Assembly (NCBI RefSeq): GCF_009914755.1
Contig: NC_060928.1
Strand: one strand, 5' to 3'
DNA length: 64,000 bases
Origin: the human T2T-CHM13v2.0 reference genome, Homo sapiens
Shown: in pieces, positions 40,545-53,924 of the stretch
Layout of the letters: every line of letters starts with the position of its first letter
Position numbering within the stretch: position 1 is the first letter of the stretch
Notes under the pieces: model-generated
The model's database searches: none
What the model saw: only the letters and a program-made list of their open reading frames with translations
Told to the model about the DNA's origin: nothing
Translations under genes and position numbers: made by a program

Positions 40545-42843
40545 TGTATTAATTCATTCTCATGCTGCTATGAAGAAATACTGGAGACTGGCTAATTTAT
40601 GAAGAAAAGAGTTTTAATTGACTCACAGTTCTTCATGGCTGAAAAGGCCTCTGGAAACTTACAATCATGGTGGAAGGAGAAGGGGAAGAAAGATAGCTTC
40701 ATTACAGGATGGCAGGAAGAAGAAGTGACAAGCAAAGAGGAAAAAGACCCTTATAAAACCACCAGGTCTCCTGAGAACTCACTTGCTGTCACAAGAACAG
40801 CATGGGGGGTAACCACCCCCATGATTCAATTACCTCCCATAGGATCCCTCCCTAAACATGTAGTGATTATGGGAATTATAATTCAAGATGAGATTTGGGT
40901 GGAGATACAGACAAACCATGTCATTTCAACCTTGGCACCTCCAAAATCTCATGTCCTCACATTTCAAAACACAATCATGCCTTTCTAGCAGTCTCCTAAA
41001 CTCTTAGCTCATTCCAGCATTAACCCAAATGTCCAAGTCCAAAGTCTCATCTAAGAAAAGAAAATTTCCTTTTGCCTATGAGTCTGTGAAACCAAAGAAA
41101 GTAAGTTGCTTCCTAGATACAATGAGGGGAGAGGCATTGGGTAAATACACCCATTCCAAATGGGAGAAATTGGCCAAAACAAAGGGGCTACAGGATTCAT
41201 GCAAATCTTAAATCCAATAGGGCATTCATCAAACTTTAAAGTTTGACAATAATCTTTGATTCTATGTCTCACATCCAGGTCACGCTGATGCAAGAGGTAG
41301 GTTCCAATGGCCTTGGGCAGCACAGACCCTGTGGCTTTGCAGGATGCAGCTTCCTCCCAGCTGTTTTCACAGGCTGGTGTTGAGTGTCTATGGCTTTTCC
41401 AGGCTTATGGTGCAAGTTGTCAGTGGATCTACCATTCTGGGGTCTGGAGGAGACTGACCCTCCTCTCACAGCTTCACTAGATAGTGCCACAGTGGGGACT
41501 CTATGTGGGAGCTCTAACCCCACATTTATCTTCCACATTGCCCTAGCAGAGATTCCACATGAGGGTTCCACCCCTGCAGCAAACTTCTGCCTGTACATCC
41601 AGGCATTTCCATACATCCTCTGAAATCTAGACAGAGGTTCTCAAACTTCAATTCTTGACTCCTATGTACCCACAGGCTCAACATCACATGGAAGCCACCA
41701 GGGATTGGGGCTTGCACCCACTGAAGCAATGGCCCAAGCTGTACTTTGGCCCCTTTTAGCCATGGCTGGAGCTGAAGCACCTGGGATGCAGGGCAACATG
41801 TCCTGAGGCTGCACACAGCAGGGGGCCCTGGACTCAGAAGGACATCATTTTTTCCTCCTAGGCCCCCAGGCCTGTAATGGGAGGGGCTGCTTGAAGGTCT
41901 CTGAAATGCCCTGGAGCCATTTTCCCCATTGTTTTGGTGATTAACAGTTTTCTCCTAGCTACTTATGCAAATTTCTGCAGCAGGCTTGAATTTCTCCCCA
42001 GAAAATGTTTTTTTGTTTGTTTGTTTGTTTGTTTTTTCCTATTACATCATCAGGCTGCAAATTTTCCAAACTTTTGTGTTCTGCTTCCTCTTGAATGTTT
42101 TGCTGCATAGAAATTTCTTCTGCAAGATACCCTAAATCATCTCTCTCAAATGTAATGTTCCACAGATCTCTAGATAGAGGCAAAATGCTACCAGTCTCTT
42201 TGCTAAAGCACAGCAAGAGTGACCCTTACTCCAGTTCCCAACAAGTTTTTCATCTCCACCTCAGCCTCAACTTTATTGTCCATATCACTATCAGCATTTG
42301 GTCAAAGCCATTCAACAAGTCTCTAAAAAGTGACAAACTTTCCCACATCTTCCTGTCTTTCTTTGAGTCCTCCAAATATTCCAACGTCTGCCCAGATCCA
42401 AAGTTGCTTCCACATTTCTGGGTATTCTTATCTTTATTCCCCACTCCCTCAGTACTAATTTACTGTATTAATTCATTCTCATGCTGCTGTAAGAAATACC
42501 CAAGACTGAGTAATTTATAAAGAAAGGAGGTTTAATTGACTCACGGTTCTGCATGACTGGGAAATCCTCAGGAAACTTACAGTCATGGCAGAGAGCAAAG
42601 GGGAAGAAAGACACCTGCTTCAAAGGGTGGCAGGAAGGAGAAATGCTGAGAAAAAGGGGAAGAGCTACTTATAAAACCATGAGGTCTCATGAGAACTCAC
42701 TCACTATCAGGAGAACAGCAGCATGGTGATAACTGCCCCCATGATTTAATTACCTCCTACCAGTTTCCTTGCATGACACGTGGGGATTATGGGAACTACA
42801 ATTCAAGATGATGTTTGGGTGGGGACACAACCAAGGCATATCA
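40545..42843 (-). mobile_element. Complete THE1 (THE1C/D-like) MaLR provirus: LTR 42464-42843, internal 40924-42463, LTR 40545-40923
   Basis: Two ~380-bp direct LTRs, both starting TGTATTAATTCATTCTCATGCTGCT, around a THE1-type internal region. Perfect 5-bp TSD ATTAA at 40540-40544 and 42844-42848. Confidence 0.93.
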
Positions 42844-42957
42844 ATTAAGAAGGCTGCACTTACAGAATATTATTGAAAAGTTATTAATGTATTACATTCA
42901 AATTCTTCATTATTTATATTCATGAAATACAGCAAAAGTTTAAGTAATTAAAATCCA

Positions 42958-43267
42958 GGCTGCATGCTGTGGCTCATGCCTGCAATCCCAGGACTTTGGG
43001 AGGCTGAGCTGGGTGGATCACGAGGTCAAGAGTTTAAGACAAGCCTGGCCAACATGGTGAAACCCTGTCTCTACTAAAAACACAAGAATTAGCCATGCAT
43101 GGTGGTGTGTGCTTCTAGTACCAGCTACTAGGGAGGCTGAGCCAGGAGGATTGCTTGAACCTGGGAGGCAGAAGTTGCAGTGAGCCGATTTTGCCACTGT
43201 GCTCCAGCCTGGGTGACAGAGTGACAATCCATCTCAAAACAAAACAAACAAACAAACAAAAAACAAA
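42958..43267 (+). mobile_element. AluS with (AAAC)n tail
   Basis: Full dimeric Alu. Flanks AAATCCAG/AAATCTAG are consistent with a TSD. Confidence 0.9.
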
Positions 43268-43524
43268 TCTAGACAGTATAAATTACAAATTAATCTTAAA
43301 ATGCAGTTACTTCATTTGTTGTGTTCTCATTTATGCAATAGCAAACACATAATTACTTTAGCAAATTTTATCCTTATATCAGTTCACTTATCATTTCATA
43401 GTGTTTCTGGGTTGGAATAACTCACTGAATAATTTCTCAGCAGTAAGAGCTAGAAGTGCATCAACAATTATCATTACATCAAAATCTATCTTAATTACAA
43501 CATTCATAATAATATAATATCTAT

Positions 43525-43745
43525 AAGTATTTGGTATATCATCTGCCAAGCTGTGAGCTAAATTCTTTAAATGTGTTAATTTATTTAAGCTTTACCACAA
43601 TTCTATGAATGAAATAGCATTATTAGTTTCCTTTTGCAGATGAGGAAATTGAGTCTTAGAAAGTTTAAACGAAGAGTTCCAAATTGCATAACAATTAAAT
43701 ATTCGACTTAGAATGTAAACTCAAGTAGTTTTACTTTGGGTGACA
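43525..43745 (-). mobile_element. MIR SINE
   Basis: TTTTGCAGATGAGGAAATTGAGTCTTAGAAAGTTTAA, the antisense MIR core. Confidence 0.75.
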
Positions 43746-43944
43746 CTCTAAATATTACTCTTTAAATAGATCAGTATTATGATACATTAAAATTATTCCT
43801 TTTCTAAAGTAATGTCTTCCATTACATTATAAGGTATGTTTTAATTCCTCATATTTCTTTGTTGCACTATGTCATGGCAATTTATTTAAACAGTCACATA
43901 GGAAAAAAATGGCATGACAGAAAATGCTTAGACAAAACATAATA

Positions 43945-44253
43945 GGCTGGGCATGGTGGCTCACACTTGTAATCCCAGCACTTTGGAAAGCTGAGGCAGG
44001 TGAATTACCTGAGGTCAGGAGTTTGAGACCAGCCTGGCCAACATGGTGAAACCCCATCTCTACTAAAATTCCAAAAAATTAGCCAGGTGTAGTGGCATGT
44101 GCCTCTAGTCCCAGCTACTCAAGAGACTGATGCATGAGCATCCCTTGAAGCCGAAAGGCAGAGATTGCAGTGAGCTGAGATCACACCCCTGCACTCCAAC
44201 CTGGGTAACAGAATGAGATTTTGTCTGAAAAAATTTAAAACAATTAAAAAAAA
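43945..44253 (+). mobile_element. AluS (Sx-like)
   Basis: Full dimeric Alu with a degenerate A tail abutting the L1 poly-T. Confidence 0.9.
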
Positions 44254-45199
44254 TTTTTTTTAATTAATTATTTTTATTTTATTATTATTATACTTTAAGT
44301 TTTAGGGTACATGTGCCCAATGTGCAGGTTAGTTACATATGTATACATGTGCCATGGTGGTGTGCTGCACCCATTAACTCATCATTTAACCTTAAGTATT
44401 TCTCCTAATGCTATCCCTCCTCCCTCTCCCCACCCCACAACAGGCCCTGGTGTGTGATGTTCCCCTTCCTGTGTCCATGTGTTCTCATTGTTCAATTCCC
44501 ACCTATGAGTGAGAACATGCGGTGTTTGGTTTTTTGTCCTTGCAATAGTTTACTGAGAATGATGATTTCCAATTTCATCCATGTCCCTACAAAGGACATG
44601 AACTCATCATTTTTTATGGCTGCATAGTATTCCATGGTGTATATGTGCCACATTTTCTCAATCCAGTCTATCATTGTTGGACATTTGGGTTAGTTCCAAG
44701 TCTTTGCTATTGTGAATAGTGCTGCAATAAACATACGTGTGCATGTGTCTTTATAGCAGCATGATTTATAGTCCTTTGGGTATATACCCAGTAATGGGAT
44801 GGCTGGGTCAAATGGTATTTCTAGTTCTAGATCCCTGAGGAATAGCTGCACTGACTTCCACAATGGTTGAACTAGTTTACAGTCCCACCAACAGTGTAAA
44901 AGTGTTCCTATTTCTCCACATCCTCTCCAGCACCTGTTGTTTCCTGACTTTTTAATGATCTCCATTGTAACTGGTGTGAGATGATATCTCATGGTGGTTT
45001 TGATTTGCATTTCTCTGATGGCCAGTGATGGTGAGCATTTTTTTCATGTGTTTTTTGGCTGCATAAATGTCTTCTTTTGAGAAGTGTCTGTTCATGTCCT
45101 TCACCCACTTTTTGATGGGGTTGTTTGTTTTTTTCTTGTAAATTTGTGTGAGTTCATTGTAGATTCTGGATATTAGCCCTTTGTCAGATGAGTAGGTTG
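44254..45199 (-). mobile_element. 5'-truncated young L1 (L1PA3/4-like), ~0.95 kb
   Basis: TATTATACTTTAAGTTTTAGGGTACATGTG 3' end. The minus strand encodes the ORF2 C-terminus ([14 protein letters not shown]...[18 protein letters not shown]). Confidence 0.95.
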
Positions 45200-45471
45200 A
45201 AAAGACATAATAACTTATTCTGTCTATCTGAGCTGGAATTTCCTGAAGTTTTATTTAACTTTGGATTCCAATGTCTGCCTTAAAATTGTATACAGAAGAT
45301 ATTACACAACAGCTAAGAAACCTTTTATAACCTCTAAATTGTATATGACTATTGATTATTTATCAATCTATAAGCCTATAGCAGTTCAAGTTAATGTGAA
45401 TAAAGATGTAAAAGGATAGGCTATTCTCAGTAAATTTATAAAATTCTTGGAATTTGTTTTCTCTTTCTTCC

Positions 45472-45611
45472 TTTTTTTTTTAAATTATTTTTTTAAGATG
45501 CAGGGTCTCCCTATGTTGCTCAGTTGTTCTCAATCTCTTGGCCTCAAGTGATCCTCCTGCCTCAGCCTCCCAAGTAGCTAAGATTACAAGCACAATATAC
45601 CATGCCTGGCT
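45472..45611 (-). mobile_element. FLAM/old Alu monomer
   Basis: AGGGTCTCCCTATGTTGCTCAG...GGCCTCAAGTGATCCTCCTGCCTCAGCCTCCCAAGTAGCT...CCATGCCTGGC. Confidence 0.85.
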
Positions 45612-47055
45612 TATTTCTTCACTTTATTTCTGCACCCTCAATTCATAGCCTCCCATCAAGAATGAAGTAAATTCATTATCTTACCCTTCTTTCTCTCAGT
45701 TCCTCTTTCTCTCTAACTTTATAAATTTGTGTATCTCAAATTATTTGGTAGTATTGTCAACATGTTACTTTATTCCTCTGAATTATTGAGTAGTTATTTC
45801 TTACAAACAAGGACAGTCTTTAACATAATCACAACAAAACCACCAAATCCAGAATTAACATTGATACATTACTATTTAATTATCAGACACCATTAAAATG
45901 TTTCCAAATGTCACAATATTGTCTTCATATCAAATGAATTTACTTCAGAATCAAATCATTCCTCTAGTCAAAATGTCTCTTCAGTCTCTATATTAACAGG
46001 GCTATTTTCTAAACTTTTTCTCAATTTTATTACCAGGGCTATTTTCTAAAATTGTTCCCTGGTATTTTTCATATTATATGGGAGTTGTTTTGTAGAATTT
46101 CACTCAACATGAATTTATTTGCTGTTTCCTTATAATTAGATTCAGGTTATGCATCTTTCGTAGGAACACAGAAACAATAATGTGTTATTTTCATTGCGTC
46201 CTATCAGGTAGTGCACAATTTTATTTTACCCTATTAAATATGATGTTCATTTTAATCACTCGGTTAAGGTGACTTTTGGCCAGGGTAATCCACCATAAAG
46301 TTTTTCCTTCTCTATCATAATCAATCAGCATTTTGTGGAGTGGAATTTTGAAACTATGTAAATGTTCATTCTTCATTAATCCTTCAATTTATTTGTTTAA
46401 TAAATTATTTAAGAACATATTCATGGTACTCTACCTTATGGCAAGGATTGTAATCCATTACTACTGTTATTTATTTTGATATTAATTATTTCCCATGTTT
46501 TACGAGTTGGAATCCTTTTAATGACCTCTGTTCCTGCTAATATGCTCCCTGCCTTGTTTACATAATTCTTTGCTTTCTGGCAATACAAGGGTTTTCAGAA
46601 ACTTCTTATAATTTCTTGCTTCTGCTCCAGAGTCATTAGGCTCTTCAGGGCAGCCCTAGTTCCTTTAGTAGAGAAAGTTATTTAGGAGCCAAATTATGTG
46701 CATGCACATGTACACACATACATGTATATTTACATGCTAATTTATATTTGTATCTATTTTTGTATCTATCTTTATGTATTGCAAATAATGTATTCCAATA
46801 TACCTACAGAGAGTTTATTAGTTTCTTCTTCTACATATTTGAAACTCTTCCAACAGAAGGAAATCAGTCTGTCATTATTTTTGATATAATTATGTATATA
46901 ATCAAATTATTTGAAATTAACCTATCTCATTAGTATTGTATGTTCTCATCCTCTGCAAGGATGTTTTCACCACCCTTGGACTTTGACCATCCATACCAAC
47001 AGTTCCCTATATATGGACACTGTCTTTTGGCTCTGAAAGCCTGCACCTAGATACC

Positions 47056-47727
47056 TGACATGGTTTGACTCTGTGTCCCGACCCAAATCTCATGAATTGT
47101 ATTCCCCACATGTCAGAGGAAGGACCTCGTGGGAGGTGATTGGACTATGAAGGCAGATTTTCCCCATGCTATTCTTGTGATGGTGAGTTCTCATGAGATG
47201 TGATGGTTTAAAAGTGTGGCACTTTCCTCCTCACTCTCTCTCTCCTGCCACCATGTAAGAAGCGCCTTCCTTCTCATTTGCCTTCCAACATGACTGTAAG
47301 TTTCCTGAGGCATCATCCCCAGCCATGAGAAACTGTGAGTCAATTAAGCCTCTTTTTCTTAATAAATTACCCAGTCTCAGGTCTCTTTTTTTTTTTTTTT
47401 TTGAGACAGAGTATTGCTCTGTCACCCCAGGTGGAGTGCAGTTGTGTGATCTCAGCTCACTGCAACCTCCGCCTCCCAGGTTCAGGCAATTCTCCTGCCT
47501 CAGCTTCCTGAGTAGCTGGGATTACGGGCACCCGCCACCACACCCAGCTACTTTTTTTGTATTTTTAGTAGAGATGGGGTTTCACCACATTGGCCAGGCT
47601 GATCTAAAACTCCTGGCCTCAAGTGATCCCCCACTTCGGCCTCCTAGAGTGCTGGCATTACAGGTGTGAGCCATCACACTTGGCCTTCAGGTAGTTATTT
47701 ACAGCAGTATGAAAACGAACTAATACA
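47056..47727 (+). mobile_element. THE1D/MSTA-type solo LTR interrupted by an Alu
   Basis: TGACATGGTTTGACTCTGTGTCCC...AATAAATTACCCAGTCTCAGGT [Alu] ...GAAAACGAACTAATACA. Flanks ATACC/ATCCC are consistent with a 5-bp TSD. Confidence 0.88.
47386..47685 (-). mobile_element. AluS (Sx/Sz-like)
   Basis: Poly-T followed by a full antisense Alu. Confidence 0.92.
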
Positions 47728-48484
47728 ATCCCTTTCTCATCTCATTCTGGCTCTAATTCCCATACTAGGCCAACTACATGAGTGCTTTTGCTCCACATCC
47801 TGCCCAGGCTCTGACACCTCAAGTGGGTTTCCCTCCCATGTACATGGCTGCTCACCCCATTTGTTCTCTGATTCCTCACACTGGGCAGCCCTTCCATATA
47901 GATGCATTCCTTACCTTGCTGGGGTTCTGAGACTCCGGATTAGGATAATGGCATTTCCCCTGCCTACCACCAGATGTGGACCTATCACGTCTTAATGGTT
48001 TTAAGACTCTACTTTTCAGAAAGAGGAAGAAAAAAAACAATCCCAAAGTAAGTAAATTCTAGTATACGAATAGGAAATTATGTGTTGATATATATTAAAG
48101 CATGCTGATTGATAAATCAGTATATTTTCCAACATATTTGTATTTTGTCAGAGGAAAAAAGTCTTTGTACAAAGATATAAATATAAAATATTGAATTTTA
48201 AGAATTGGAAAAATGAAAAAATAATTTTCTCCCTCATTTATAAATTTATTCTGAAGAGAGAGTTGTTAAGGGTTGACAATAATGACCTTCAGATTTCCTT
48301 AACGTTGAATCCGTAAGGTGGCTATCTATTCTGCTTACATAAAATATAGTTATAAATAGAAGCCACACTTCTAGACTAAGGAGTTTGTTGATATAAGAAT
48401 TACATATACACAGGAAGTGAAATACAGTTTTAAGCTACATGAATCTACAGGATTTTAGAAACTATCCTGAACTAATACTCATGG

Positions 48485-48700
48485 ACTATTTCCATATGGG
48501 CAACATTCTAAACAATCACATGTAATAACTTATTTAATCTTTGTGACAACACTGTGACACAATTTTTCTCTCATTATACAAGTGAGGAAATTGAGGCTCA
48601 GATGTTATTAAAATTGCTCTCGAAACATACACAAACTACTGGGTGGCAAGGCTGGGATCCAAACCTAAGCACTTGCATTGGTAACCACTGTGCAATGTTG
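48485..48700 (-). mobile_element. MIR SINE
   Basis: TACAAGTGAGGAAATTGAGGCTCAGA...GGCTGGGATCCAAACCTAAG. Confidence 0.75.
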
Positions 48701-51700
48701 GTTTGAATAATTTAGCAAACATAGTGATTATTCTGTCCTGGATCAGAAACTTCTCTGATATCCCAGCAACTTTTTATATTAAAAAAGCAAGTCCCAAAAG
48801 TGTACTAGAATTGCCATATATGGTAGTTTTTGTTATCAATCTTTAGCGTTTTCTCCTTTGAATCATCAGAGGCACACTTATCTGTGAACAGAGAAAACAG
48901 ACCTTTACTCTTATCTGTCCTTTTAAGGCAATAAATGAGATAAGATTCCTTTTCAGTGGTGCAGCTTGCTTATGTCTGACTTTTCTTATTTTTTTATAGA
49001 ATAAGTTAAAACTTGGCATCTTTTATTTCACTGAAGATATAGCTAATTCTTCTCCTTTTCGCTCCTGCAGAGAGGTGTGTTAACAGCAATGTGTCATCCT
49101 AAACAAACTGTTTATAAGCAATTACTTCCCAAAGTTCTTAGTTTAAATTATTTTGGGACATTTGTATTCTCCAAACATTTTGATTTTTGAGTTAACAAAA
49201 TTTTCTGATCTCAATAAGGAAAAATGTTTAGCATTAAAAGTATAAGACAGATTAATAACTAGTGTGTTCATTGTACCTTTTTTCTTTTAAATGCTCTCAA
49301 CAATCCCATATATATTAAGCTGTATTTCAGTAGAACATGCATGTAAAGTACAATAATGTATGTCTATTTTAACGTTATAATAGTTTTCTTCCTTGTACTA
49401 TTCTTGAAAATTTTTTAGTATGTCATCTATCTTTCTTAAATGTAATGCCTGGCATCATCACCAAAGTGCATTATGAATCACCAATTCTGCACACTAATAA
49501 GCTGTGCAGTTTCAGTGTTTAAGATAAGAAAGTGTGATAACATCTCTTGAAATAACAATATGCCTCTTTCTATAGTGCACCTTGTCAGAGTCTCTCAAAG
49601 CAATTAAAAATAAATGGGAAAATACTGTTCTCAGGAAAATTTGTTTCATGGTTAGAAACAGATAAATCCATGTCACAGCTGAAAATATTGGCGACAGAAT
49701 CAGATAAGTGAATTCCAAAAAATCCACATTTTGCCAAGAATAGTCCATGATTTCTATGGACTGGTACATGTTCTAATCACTAATAATGTTTCCTTCCTTT
49801 TCTGTATAATTAAGTCCCTGAATTGACGTTTTTATAAACCATTTTACAGTGCAGAACAAATGTAAGATTATCAGTCAGTGTAGTATATTAAACTGAATAT
49901 TAGACTATAGTTTGGGAAAATGAAGTTCTAGTCCTGTCTCTAAAATTTTTTAGTCATATAATTATAAGCAAACATTTTGCATTTTAAAATCTTGATTTGA
50001 AATAATAACTAATTTAATGGTCTGACTGCCAGTCATTGCTAAAGAGTTTTTGGAAAACAAAAGAAACAAAAAGAATACAGATTGAAACTACAGAGTATTG
50101 CACATGCAATTTTTTATGATGATTAATATGATAATGATGTTGAAGAGAGCAATATTATTTCTGAAATAACTGATTAATTATCTTCAAGAAACAATCATTG
50201 AAGATCTTTTTTAGAGTTCATTAAAGGTACAATGAGCAATCTTGTGTAGCCTTTTGTCAAATATATGATGACCTATTCTTCCTGGAACTCCATAAAATAT
50301 TGAAAACAAATGTCACCCTTATCCTTTTGATAGTATAAAATAAAAACATTTTAGAATGAATTGCATTATCTTAGACACTTAATAAGATTTCTAAGAATAG
50401 TTTGTTGTTGAAAAAAAGTAAAAAGTCAGTTATTTCAGTGCATATAACTTTGAATAATTTAATAATTAATTTTACATAATTTCCCTAAATTGGGCTCAGA
50501 ATTACTGGGAGTGGAACCATTCATATAAATGCAGTACATGACAGCCAACAATATCAGCATGTCTTTTAAGGTATTGCTATGGTTATTGTAAGTACAATTT
50601 TCAAAACCTAACTACGGTAGACCTGTCTCAGTTCCAAAAACAGTTTGACATTTATTGAGACAAATTAAAACCAAAACAACAAAGAAGACAGGTCAGTTTG
50701 GTCCAGAAACAATGAAAATAGCCAAATATTTAAAGGTTTAATAATAAATAATAATTATATATATTAAAATATAAATAATAATTATGTATATTAAAATAGT
50801 TAAGATGTCACATATCATTTCAGTAAAATTGTGTCACATGTGGTAAAAACGAAAGATTGGTAGCAACAAAGAGTTTTCTTTGACCATCATAATTAACATT
50901 TCTTTGAAAATGTACTGAGAGAATAAAGTCATCAAAAGTAGAATGATGTCAGTGACATCCCTACTTTTAAGTAAGAAATTCAAAAAGCCAGTCTGTACAT
51001 AAAAACATATTAAAAACTGGAAAAATAACTATCAGAATCAACATTATTAGAACTCTGAAAACTAACTGAAAGCTTGCCACAACCTGGGGAGCTTTTACTC
51101 AGGAAAATAAAAAAAAAGCAAATTTTATGGTGTTTAACCATGCTCTGTTCCCCAGCTCAGGGATGGCTTGAGAAATCACAGGCCTCATCATTCCAAGTAT
51201 TGGTAGAGAAAGGAAAAGAATGGAACTTATGCATTAATTATATGTTGGTCTAGTGGATCTCTGGAAGACCTGCTTAGAAGACTTGTCTTTATCTCAACTG
51301 ACTGAAATTTGCCTTTTACTAAAGCTGCTAGGCAGAGATGTTTATTGAAGACATTTATAAACAAACATTTTAGACACTGCTGCTGAGGAATTGGTTAATA
51401 ATTGGGCAAATACTAAACTATGTCAAAAGCTTGAAAGTAAAGACTGGATAGTGAGTTGCTTAGAATAAGGGCTCTGAAAAGCTTTGACATATTACTGGAA
51501 AACAAGAAAGATACACAAGTCCATAGCTCTGCCCATGCTTCAGAAAGGCTTGAAAATTCCTCACCTCTCACATCTGTCTGATCTGGAAACTCTGCAGAAA
51601 AAGAAAGTTAAGGCTAAGGTAAACTTTTAAACTTCTTAACTGAGTTTTGAAAGTGTGCCATAACACACACAGAACATTTCTGCAAAGACTGGAAGACAGT

Positions 51701-51838
51701 TTGGTTCCAAGCATTTAATAAAATTATTCAATCATTACACATTAAGCTAACAAAATTGTCAATTCAGTGAACACAAATGCCAAAAAAATACATAATTTAC
51801 AAAATCAAATCAGAGAAGTTATTAAACAAACAAACGTG

Positions 51839-51892
51839 TGTAGGGACATGAATGAAATTGGAAATCATTCTCAGTAAACTATCGCAAGAACA
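51839..51892 (+). mobile_element. Isolated ~54-bp young L1PA/L1HS-type ORF2-end snippet
   Basis: TGTAGGGACATGAATGAAATTGGAAATCATTCTCAGTAAACTATCGCAAGAACA is near-identical to the recalled young L1 consensus. No tail is present. Confidence 0.8.
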
Positions 51893-53924
51893 TCAAAAAT
51901 GAAAAGCAGCAAGAACACTCTACAGAGAAGAAAAAACCTGATATCCAGATTTCGCACATCATAACGTTCAAACTGTTCCAAATTCAACAATATGTATGAG
52001 ATCTGCAAAGAAACAAGAAAGTATGGCCCACACACAAAAAAGTGATCAAAACTAATTTAATAACCAGACAATTAATTTACTAGACAAATACTTTAAATAA
52101 TTCCAATATGTTCAAAGATCTAAAAGAAATCTTATCTAAATTACTAAAGAAAAACGTTAAAATGTATCACCAAATACAGAATAATAATAAAGGAATATAA
52201 ACTTTTAAAAGGAGTCAAACAGAAATTGTGGAGTCGAAAAGTACAACTAAAATAAAAAAAAATATTTTAGAGGGGCTACACATCAGATCTCCACATACAG
52301 AAGGAAGACTCATTCAAGTTGATCAATTGAGATTTTCAATTTGAGAAAAATAGAGAAAAAAATGATGAGAAGATAAAGAACAAATCCTCAAAGACCTATG
52401 AGACTCCATCAAGCACACTATTATGTGCACAATAGGAGTTTCAGAAGGTGTGGAAAAAGGGCAGAAACAAATATTTAAAGACATAATGGGAGAAAACCCA
52501 AATTTGATAAAAAATACTAATCTTCACATCCAAGATTCTCAACCAGCTCCAAGTAGAATAAATTAACAGAGAGCCATGCCTATACATATTATAATCAAAC
52601 TGATAAAAGCAGAAACACAAATAGGAACTTGAAAGCAGCAAGAAAGTAGTGACTCCTCACATACAAGGGATTAATACATATAGTAAGATTAACATCTGAT
52701 TGTGCATAATAAATTATGGAGGCCAGAAATCAATGGTATGCCATATTTAAACTGCAGAAAGAAAAGAAAAATCTGTGAAACATAAATTTTATATTTGTCA
52801 AAATGATCTTTCAGAAATAAAGAATAAATTAATACATTCTCAGATTAAAAAAATAAAAACAAAACTGAGTTTGTTGTTAACATAGCTGCAGTGTAAAAAA
52901 ATGCTAAAGTCCTTCAGGGTAAATTTAGAGAAAACTAAACAATAACTTGAAACCATGTGAAGGGTAAAGATAACTACATAGGTAAAAATAAAGAGCAGTA
53001 TTAATTTTTTGTTTCTATCTCTTCTTGTTTTCTACATATTATTTTCTATTTGCATAACATAATATTTATAAATATGTGTTAATGGGCACACAATTTATAA
53101 AAATGTAATTTGTCATAATAATAGAATGAACAGGAGTAAAATTATATAAAAGATAAAATTTGTAAATTATTAAAATTAAGTGGCTAGTACTCCAAATTAT
53201 ATTATTAATTAAATAGTTTATGATAATCTCCAGGACAATATTTAAGAAACTAACTCAAAATACATAGTACAAGGAATGACACAAGAATAAAAAGAGTACC
53301 TTGGAAAATAACTACCTAACATAAAATAAGGCAGTAATGGAGAAATTGGGGAACAAGAAAAAGACAGAGGCCACATAAGAAACAAAAGCTAAATGGCAAA
53401 AGTAAGTCCATTTTTGTAACTTAATGGAATAGATATAAATGAAGTAAGGGCTCCAGGGAAGAGGTAAGGATTGACAGAATACATTTTTAGGAGCATCCAA
53501 CTGTATGCTATCTGCAAGAGAGTCAATTAATATTTAAAGACACAAAGATGTTGAAAAAAATAATAAAATACATATTTCTTACAAACATTAACCAAAAGAG
53601 AGCTTGAGTGTCAATACTAATATTAGACACAATAAGCTTTAGGACAAAAATTGTCATGAGAGAGAACAATATATTATATAAAAACAAAGAATTCAATCTA
53701 ACAAGAAGATACAACAAGTACTTTTCAATGTACTTACCAACAGAGACCACAAATACATAAATCAGAAAATGAGAGAATTAAAGACAAAAATAGATTTCAA
53801 AAATAATAATTGGATATTGTAACAACCTACTTAAAATATTGGATACAATTGGAGAGAAAATTTCCAGAAATTTTAAGTTTTGAACAATACTGAAAACCAA
53901 ATGCAACCAACAGACGTCTCAACC

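Larger units (their letters stand above)
45720..48010 (-). mobile_element. Old L1MC-type 3' region (L1MC4-like), interrupted by THE1 LTR and Alu
   Basis: AACAAGGACAGTCTTTAACATAATCACAAC...AATTAACATTGATACA and GGCTCTGACACC-type subrepeats. Confidence 0.6.

Noticed and set aside
40599-42520. Multiple 60-141-aa ORFs
   Set aside because: These are fragments of THE1 LTR and internal sequence broken by stops and frameshifts.
44492-45010. Well-conserved L1 ORF2 C-terminal peptides
   Set aside because: The copy is 5'-truncated, lacks promoter, EN and RT, and has an internal stop, so it is non-functional.
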